From the human T2T-CHM13v2.0 reference genome, Homo sapiens, in assembly GCF_009914755.1 (NCBI RefSeq), contig NC_060940.1: 64,000 nt of DNA. One strand, 5' to 3'. Shown here piece by piece: positions 43,298 to 64,000 of this stretch (position 1 is the stretch's first letter; every line of letters starts with the position of its first letter). The position numbers and the translations under genes were made by a program. The notes beneath the pieces are model-generated. The model worked only from the letters and a program-made list of their open reading frames with translations. It ran no database searches and was not told the DNA's origin.

Positions 43298-45923
43298 TAC
43301 CTTGTTTTTTTAAATATGACAGTGCTATCTCTGATTTCTGCAGTTAAAAATGAACTAAACTTTTTTTTAACATTCTTTTACTTAATATCTAGCTCTAAAT
43401 AGATGATATACCTCAGTAGTAAATAGGAAATTTAAAATAGGTACATGTTTAATGTATTCCATTAACATTGTTTGCCATTATAAAGGGCAGCCTGTGGTAC
43501 TCTATTTTAGTGTAGTGATTGTGTATCTCTAAGTTTGATGTTATAATAATCTGTACTTTGCAAATTCAGAGTTTCATTCTCAGGGTTCATTACTAAATAT
43601 TGACTTTCTAGTCCTGAATGAGAGTTACTGGAAGGAATGTGCTATATACTATGTGTAGTATCTTATCTACTACTGTTTTTTCAAAGGGGAGAAATATCTT
43701 AGATACAATATGTATTTTTGTAAGAAGTTTACTCGATGATAAGATATGTGTAATTTTTTTCAGATAATCCTTTAATACACAACTTTTTCATATGTCAAGT
43801 TGAGGAACTATTCCTAGAAATTGTCTTAGAATTTAATCTACAATGTTTTTACTTTGTTTAGTGCTTGGAGATGTGATCCAATTTACTGTCTCTTAGATAA
43901 TTTTATTTTCTCACTTTTCAGTTTTTATTGATCATTTTTAGTCAAGGTTTTTGTTTTATCTTGTGTAAATGAGATAATGTATTTAAAGCACTTAGCACAG
44001 TCCTGGTCCTATTTAAGTGGTGGTAACTAAAATTTTTTTAAACACGCAACCCCCCCCCCCAACATTTCTTTAAAAACACACACACACACACACGCACACA
44101 CACACGAATAGGCTAGTTTTTACTTCCTTCTCTTTGCTAGACCCTTCTCCACATGCTAAATTAAAACATTGAGAGATAGTAGGGCATTTACAAACAGTAG
44201 CATTTTAAAAAGAAGAAAAAAAGAGATTAGGGCAGATGAGAGATTCAGCAATTTAAACCTTACATGAGTTAGAATATTTGGTCTTAAGACATTTTTATCT
44301 GTTTAATTCTAGTCTTTTAAATGTTACTTACCTCTTATATTTTATCAAATACTGAAAGTAATACACTTTTAATTATATTTTTCCACTTTCTTGAATTAAG
44401 TTCTTAGTACAATGTGAAAGTTGGTTGATCTGCCAAACATTTAAGTATATAATTGGATATTTAAATCAGTATGAAAAGGAGGAAGTTGGTTGGTTTCTTG
44501 TAGAAATTTAATGGTGTGTTTGTACAGCCCATTAGGAACTGTAAAGGAGGTTTTGGATGCTTAGTAGCTTTATTTTCTTACCTTAGGCCAACGTTTTCTG
44601 TAGAGTTGAATGTAGTGAGAATATGTATTAGACGACTGAGTCGATAATAAATATTTTAACATTTCATTTGGAAGAATACAACTCTGTTTCTTTGACACAT
44701 TTCCTGATGTTGAAGGATGCTTCTGGGGGTAACTGGCAGAATTTTGTGGTTTAGATTAGTGAAAAAATGTGTTTCAGCAAGTATGGGGAAAAATCGAGGA
44801 AAAATTTCAATGTCATGTTTTTGTTAAAAACATTCATCATTGCAAGAGCTATTCCTGTACTTTCTTAGGTGTTCCTATTTGCCAATCCAGAAAGGATACT
44901 TTGGCATATATTCTTAACTATTAGTAGAAGTAATACTGTAGTAGTTTTATTAGGTGTTATAAAAGTTAAAACTTGGGTATTATATACATAGCCAAGAAGT
45001 TGTGGGGGTTAAGTAAGGCCTGTATCTTAAGCGTTCAAGATAATAATTTAAAGTAAGCTGTAGAATCAACTTATAATAATGACTTGCCTTTCTTTGGCAA
45101 CCAGTAAACTTTGCCTAAAGTTGTATTTGTTTTTATTGAAGGCATAGTCCAAATTCTGCTTTTGAGGTTTGCTCTATATTTATTTTTTAAATGAAATGGA
45201 ATTGTAAGGACATTTTTGGTGAGAAAATGTAGTATTACTTTTTCTTCAGAGAAAGTCATAAATAGTGATATATAAAATGGGGACCTTTTAAGAGAAGTTA
45301 ATGAGTTGTATCACTGATTTCCCTCTCATTATTGCTAGTTGAGTAGTAGATAATTCAGTATGGTAATGTTTTGTTTTAAATAAGAGGTGAGGTTGAAGAA
45401 GCCATAATATAGTGAAGGCAGTCACATTGCTCTTAAAAGATAGGAAACCTGAGTAGGTTGAGCCTCATTTGATAGTAAGCAGTAGTTTGCTCACAGCAGT
45501 AACATAAATAAGGAAGGTGTTGTGTAAAGCTGTCCTGGTGGGTCAGGGGAGTAGACACAGCAGACTTGGCAGTAGGCCTGGCTTCTAAAACAATATCCAA
45601 GTCATCAAATTTGCCCAGGCATGCCATATGAGGTTCAAGTAACAGTGGAATTTAAGAGGAGTGAGTTTGTTCAGGGAGGCTTGGGAGAGTCACAAGCAAG
45701 AGCAAGCTTTTTTAAGAGCCATCATTTAAACTCAAACATAATGTGGGTCTGCATATATTTTGGCATGTCTAGTAATGTTTACGTAATTATATTGTATGAC
45801 TTTCACCTGTTGGCAATTGGGGCTCTAAGATTTAAGTAACAGCCTATGAATTGCTAGTTTACCAACAGCTGAAATTTAATCTTTGGGACAGTTCTAGTTA
45901 ATATTAGTTAATATTCATGTGTG

Positions 45924-46492
45924 AGGCTGGGCGCGGTGGCTCTCACCTGTGTAATCCCAGCACTTTGGGAGGCTGAGGCGGGTGGATCACCTGAGGTCAG
46001 GAGTTCGAGACTAGCCTGGCCAACATGATGAAACCCTGTCTTTACTAAAAATACAAAAAATTAGCTGGATGTGGTGGCGGGCGCTGTAATCCCGGCTACT
46101 TGGGAGGCTGAGGCAGAATTGCTTGAACTTGGGAGGTGGAGGTTGCAGTGAGCTCAGATGGTACCATTGCACTCCAGCCTGGGGGACAGAGTAAAACTCT
46201 CTCTCAAAAAAAAAAAAAATAAATAAATAAAAGGCTGGGCACGGTGGCTTACGCCTGTAATCCCAGCACTTTGGGTTGCTGAGGCAGGCGGATCACGAGG
46301 TCAGGAGTTCGAGACCAGCCTGACCAACATGGAGAAACCCCGCCTCTACTAAAAATACAAAATTAGTACATCGAAGCTGGGTGCAGTGCCCTGTGCCTGT
46401 AGTCCCAGCTACTTGGAAGTATCTCTTGAGCCTAGGGATTCTAGACCAGTCTGGATAACATAAGGATACCCTGTTTCTTAAAAACAAAAACA
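45924..46492 (+). mobile_element. Tandem sense Alus, the second partial or chimeric
   Basis: Alu consensus. Confidence 0.88.
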
Positions 46493-48589
46493 AACTGTTA
46501 GTGCATCGAGTTGTTCTTATTATTCAAACCATATTTCCCACGTCTGTAGTTCTTTAATATGTTAAACTTCAAAAATTGACTTAGCTTATTGCTATCCTTT
46601 TATTGGGTTAGTTGGCTGGTAAATTTTGCCACTTCCTGAAAATGACTTTTGTTTCCCCCCTTCTCTCTGCCCTGTGGCCAAAGTCTTGGTCTCCTTCCAT
46701 TTGGATTTGTGTATTAATAGTTTTCTCTTCGTATTTTCTCCTAATTCAGTTCTGAAAGTCATAGTTGAGGTTATCTTCAATTCCCACTCCTTTTTGTCTG
46801 TAACCTGCCTTTCCTCACAGTTTTTCATTGTGCTCCACCATTTTATATCTGTTACTTCAGATATCAAGCTCATCACCTTTATTCATCTCTTTTCAGTCCC
46901 AGTGTGAAACCTTTCCTTCCATCCATTTTCCTGATCTGCTGTCAACGTGTTCACCAAAGACTTTTTCTTTTGTGAGACAACTTAACAGATAATTTTGATG
47001 TAGTACTGAGCTAGGAGGTCTGGATTCTAGATTCATTTCTGTTGCTAATTGTGTGATACTGCTAAAAAGCATAGAGTTTCAAGCTAATTCAGTCCTTCCA
47101 TTTTACAGGAGAGGAAATTGAGACTCAAATTGACCTGCCCAAGGTCATTTAACTGGTTAATATCAAAACAGAGACCCAGGACTTCTGACTCCTAGTCCTT
47201 TGGTCTTCTCCAGTAAGTTGCTTAATTTTTGCTTGAAAATCCTACATTTCCTTCTTGTGGATTAAAAACAAGAACAACAACAACAAAAATCCTACAGTTC
47301 TTTTTGCGCAACCTATAATTTTGATCATTTTGTAACTTTTTGTTTGTGATACATTAGATAAATATTTAATCCAGTGTTATTGAGTACCTATTATGTGCAA
47401 GGTATTTTTATGTGCATTATCTCATGATAACCTAGAGAGAGGTATTATTTCTATTTAGCGCATAAGGAAACAGAAATGCAGATGGATTTGACCATCTAGA
47501 AAGTGGAATTAGCTGGTATTTGAACTTTGGTTTTCTGACCTCAAATTTTGGGCCCTTTCTGCTATGCCTGCCTCTTGCCTTGCTATTCTCAGAAAGAGTT
47601 TAAGTACAGAAAGACTCAGTTTTTCCTATGGTGAAAGCAAGGGTCATGTTGGGCATATGGAATCAAACATATATGAGTCATGTCTTACAAATTACATGTG
47701 TTCCTGTGACTAGATTTTCTGCTTTGGGCTCAAAATAGCTACTTGAGGGATGCTTCTTATTCCTGCCTGCTCTAGGAAATTTTAAAGGGTAGCAGTGATA
47801 CAGTTAGACCAATAGAGGGTACTGTATCGCTATATCGCTAACTGTGCTAGACCCAAATTTAGCTCTTTTGGGCCTTTTCTCTTTGCTGCTTTGTGGATCT
47901 GGAGGTCAAGAGGTGATATCATTTTAGGTTTTAAGGCAGTTTACTCTAAGGAGAAATTGGCCTTTGTCTTTGGCAGCCCCCCTCTCCGCCCATGTTGTCT
48001 TGATTAGGGTCTGATTTGTCATCTTGCAGGCTGTTTTGCTTTTAAAGTTTAAAGCGTTTAGATCTGTCGTCAAAATTGCCCTAAACCTGAATGAGGAAAA
48101 ATTCAGAATTTTAAAAATGCTCAATAGTCAGGGTAGTTTCATTTTTCAAGGTTAACATTTTGCTTTCACATGTTCAAAAAAAAAAAAATGAGTACTATTT
48201 ATTTGATTGAATTTAGGATGCAAGGAGAACTACCTTCTATAGCCACTAGGACTGATACACATTTTTTTCCTTGATATTTTGACCAATTTGCCATCTGCCA
48301 TTTATTCTTCTCTCTCAAGATCAGTACTCTTTTGGATTTTCTCTCTCTCTTGTACATACCCAGTTGTCTCTGAGTTTCACCAGAACTCTCCCTTTGAGAG
48401 CAAAGGCAAGAAAGCTCTTTTGTCATACATGTTACCTAGTAAATGTTGGCTGATCATGGTTTTAGCACTTCTGTTGACTTTTTAATCATCCGATTACTAT
48501 TTGAAATAAATAGTAAAATACTCTTAATCTTCTAGTTTAAATATATGCAAAATAGTTACATTTGGATTGATATTTGCTGAGGGGAAGGA

Positions 48590-48912
48590 ATGAGACACGG
48601 ATGCTGGCTTCACACAGCTCTTTTCTTTTTAAGAGTGACGAAGGACTTTTCCAGAAGCCTTCAGCAAACTTAACCTTGCGTTTCATTGACCAAAACTGGG
48701 TTACATTCCCTTTCCTAAATTAGTTACTGGTAAAGATGAGTGGAATTATTCTTAGCCAACCAGACCTATGCCTTGGCCTGAGGATATGGTTGGCTTCCCC
48801 AAAACACAAGGCTGCATGGGAGAGGAGTGGATAGAAGGATAGAAAATCTGTTAGGGAGGAAGAAAGAGAAAATGGATGCTGGGAGGGGGTCAACCAAAAG
48901 AATTGTCTGTGC
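48590..48912 (-). mobile_element. MLT1 (ERVL-MaLR) LTR fragment
   Basis: Reverse strand begins ...ttggttgacccc...catccattttctctttcttcctccctaacaga, like recalled MLT1J/K 5' ends. Confidence 0.55.
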
Positions 48913-48955
48913 TTACTATCCACAGTATTCTAGCAACTGAGGGACTTAAAAAAAA

Positions 48956-50031
<1,076 letters not shown>

Positions 50032-50249
50032 TAAAGTGCTTTGTTTCATTCTTTCGAAGGCTCATCTGAAAGAAACTAGCTGTTGTTAAAGGATAAAATA
50101 GAAGAATATGTAGAAGAAGAGAAAGTAGTAACCAGAGGGGAACATTGTATGAGATCTTAGAGTAACTGAGCTGGAAGGGACCTCAAGAAAGTCCTCTTCC
50201 ATTAAGTGGGTAAATATACTAAATCATTTAATCTTTTAATTAAGTTTTG

Positions 50250-51450
50250 TTAAGTGTCAGTATTATTATGTGCCAAATACTGGTAATACAAATTAAATAT
50301 AATTCAGTCTATTGGAGTAGACATATAAATGACTACAACAATATTAATATAACAGAGGTACGGAGAAGGGCCTCTGAGCATATAATGACACAGATTAACT
50401 CTGAGTAGAGAGGTCAGAGAAGAGTACAGTTGAGCAGAATCCAGTGGGATGAGTTCACCAGGTGGCTAAGGGAGGACATAACATTTCAGGCCAGCCGATT
50501 ATCACACCCAAAGACAGGTTAAAGAGCATGGTCCTTTAATTTGGAAAGTGGAAGATCAGGATTCTGTTGTGTCCAGATGTGGCTGGAGAGGGACAGACTA
50601 TTATACTGTATTGAGGAGTTTGGATTTTAGTTTGAAGACAGCAGGGAGCCATTGAAGGATTTCAAATTGGGCAGAAATGTCAGATTTGTAGCTCCATCAC
50701 TCTACTATACTGTGGGTAATAGATTGAAGAAGACAGGAATGGAGGTGGGGACACATGTATTTGAGAAATGATAAGGGTAGAGCAGTGAAGACGACAAAGT
50801 GGGAATAGTGCTCAGATAGATTTACAGGAAAGAAATCAATAGGACCTGGTATCCATTGAGTAAGGAAAGGGAAGGAGGCAGGATTATTTCTATTTTTCTA
50901 GTTTGGGTCAGTTGTGGTAGGAGAATTAGCTTTGGAGGTGGGGAGGGAGAAAGGTGATTCATTTTAATAAAATGTGCTATTACAAAATGTCTGTGGAAAT
51001 AGTGGTGAACAAGACATGGCCCTTGCCTTCATGAAGTGCACAGTCTAGTAATTATTAATGTAACTAGTGTCATGAAAATACAAAGTGCAAAGTATAAAGT
51101 GCAATGAGAGTATATAGTAAAAAGGAGTTCAGTTTTGTGTATGTCTAGTTTGAAGCATCTGTAGATTTATTAGGCAATTGGAAATATAAGTGTAGAGCTC
51201 AAAAGAGAAACTTGCACAAAAGAGATTTGAAAGTTATTGGTCTATAGATATTGATGATAGTTGAAGTCATGGGCATGGATGAAGTCACTGCAACAGAGTG
51301 TGGATTATAATGTGAAAAGGAGGCTGAGAACAGGACTCTGGAAACAACAGTATTGCAAGGATGGCAAGGAGAGAAGTCTGAGAAGATACTGTCACAGAGT
51401 TAAATTAGACAATCAAGAGAATGGTGTAGGGAAAGCCAAGGCAGAAGAGG
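50250..51450. mobile_element. Degenerate L2-like fragments
   Basis: Purine-rich L2-type motifs (gaggagtttggatttta, agggagccattgaaggattt, gagttcagttttg). Confidence 0.55.
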
Positions 51451-51454
51451 GTTT

Positions 51455-59960
<8,506 letters not shown>

Positions 59961-60484
59961 ATATTTTTGCAAACACCAGTTGTAATACATTCTAACAAAA
60001 TCCACTTACGTTGTGCTAAAGTAGTGTTTTCTTTTTTCTTTTCTTTTTCTTTTTTTTTTTTCGAGATGGAGTTTCACTCTAGTTGCCCAGGTTAGAGTGC
60101 AATGGTGTGATCTTGGCTCACTGCACCTCCACCTCCTGGGCTCAAGTGATTCACCTGCCTCAGCCTCCCGACTAGCTGAGAATACAGGTGTGCACCATCA
60201 CGCCTGGCTAATTTTTGTATGTTTAGTAGAGACGGGGTTTCTCCCTGTTGTCCAGGCTGGTCTCAAACTCCTGACCTTGTGATCTGCCCGCCTCGGCCTC
60301 CCAAAGTGCAGGGATTACAGGCATGAGCCACCACACCCAGCCTCTTTTTTGTATTTTTAGTAGAGATGGGGTTTCACCATGTTGGCTGGGCTGGTCTTGA
60401 ACTTCTGACCTCAGGTGATCTGTCCACCTCAGCCTCCCAAAGAGCTGGGATTACAGACGTGAGCCACCGTACCCGGACGCCTTT

Positions 60485-63740
<3,256 letters not shown>

Positions 63741-64000
63741 CCTGGATGAGTTGTTTTTGTTTGTTTGTTTGTTTTGAGATGGAGTCTCACTCTGTTGCTC
63801 AGGCTGGAGTGCAGTGATACGATCTTGGCTCACTGCAACCTCCACCTCCTGGGTTCAAGCAATTCTCCTGCTTCAGCCTCTTGAGTAGGTGGGATTATAG
63901 GCACCCACCACCACACTGGGCTAATTTTTGTATTTTTAGTAGAGACAGGGTTTTACCATGTTAGCCAGGCTGGTCTTGAGCTCCTGACCTCAAGTGATCT

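Overview
Primate (most likely human, 16q22.1 by recall) genomic DNA, rich in Alu and L1, with two protein-coding genes on the + strand. (1) DUS2 (tRNA dihydrouridine synthase 2): 14 coding exons from 3260 to the TGA at 32737-32739. All introns are GT-AG and phase-consistent. The exons join into 1356 nt (451 aa plus stop), so about 42 N-terminal residues lie upstream of the window. The poly(A) signal is at 33012. (2) NFATC3: CpG-island promoter, exon 1 (ATG 39436, donor after 39538) and the first 24 kb of intron 1. Other recognisable elements are a Y4 RNA retropseudogene, a perfect MADE1/miR-548-type hairpin, a Tigger-class DNA transposon split by Alus, an MLT1-type LTR, stacked antisense L1s and several dozen Alus. 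Almost all ORFs in the supplied track are Alu, L1 or low-complexity artefacts. I see no convincing new multi-gene system. The best leads are small and testable: a 100%-identical 89-bp tandem duplication inside an old repeat; the intact MADE1 hairpin; a TGA-CTA readthrough context at the DUS2 stop; inverted Alus bracketing the catalytic exons; a uORF, G18 run and CLEAR-like motif at the NFATC3 promoter; and a dense NFAT/HSE/STAT-BCL6 motif cluster at the start of NFATC3 intron 1. Gene and repeat identities come from memory of these families, not database searches. Repeat boundaries are approximate.
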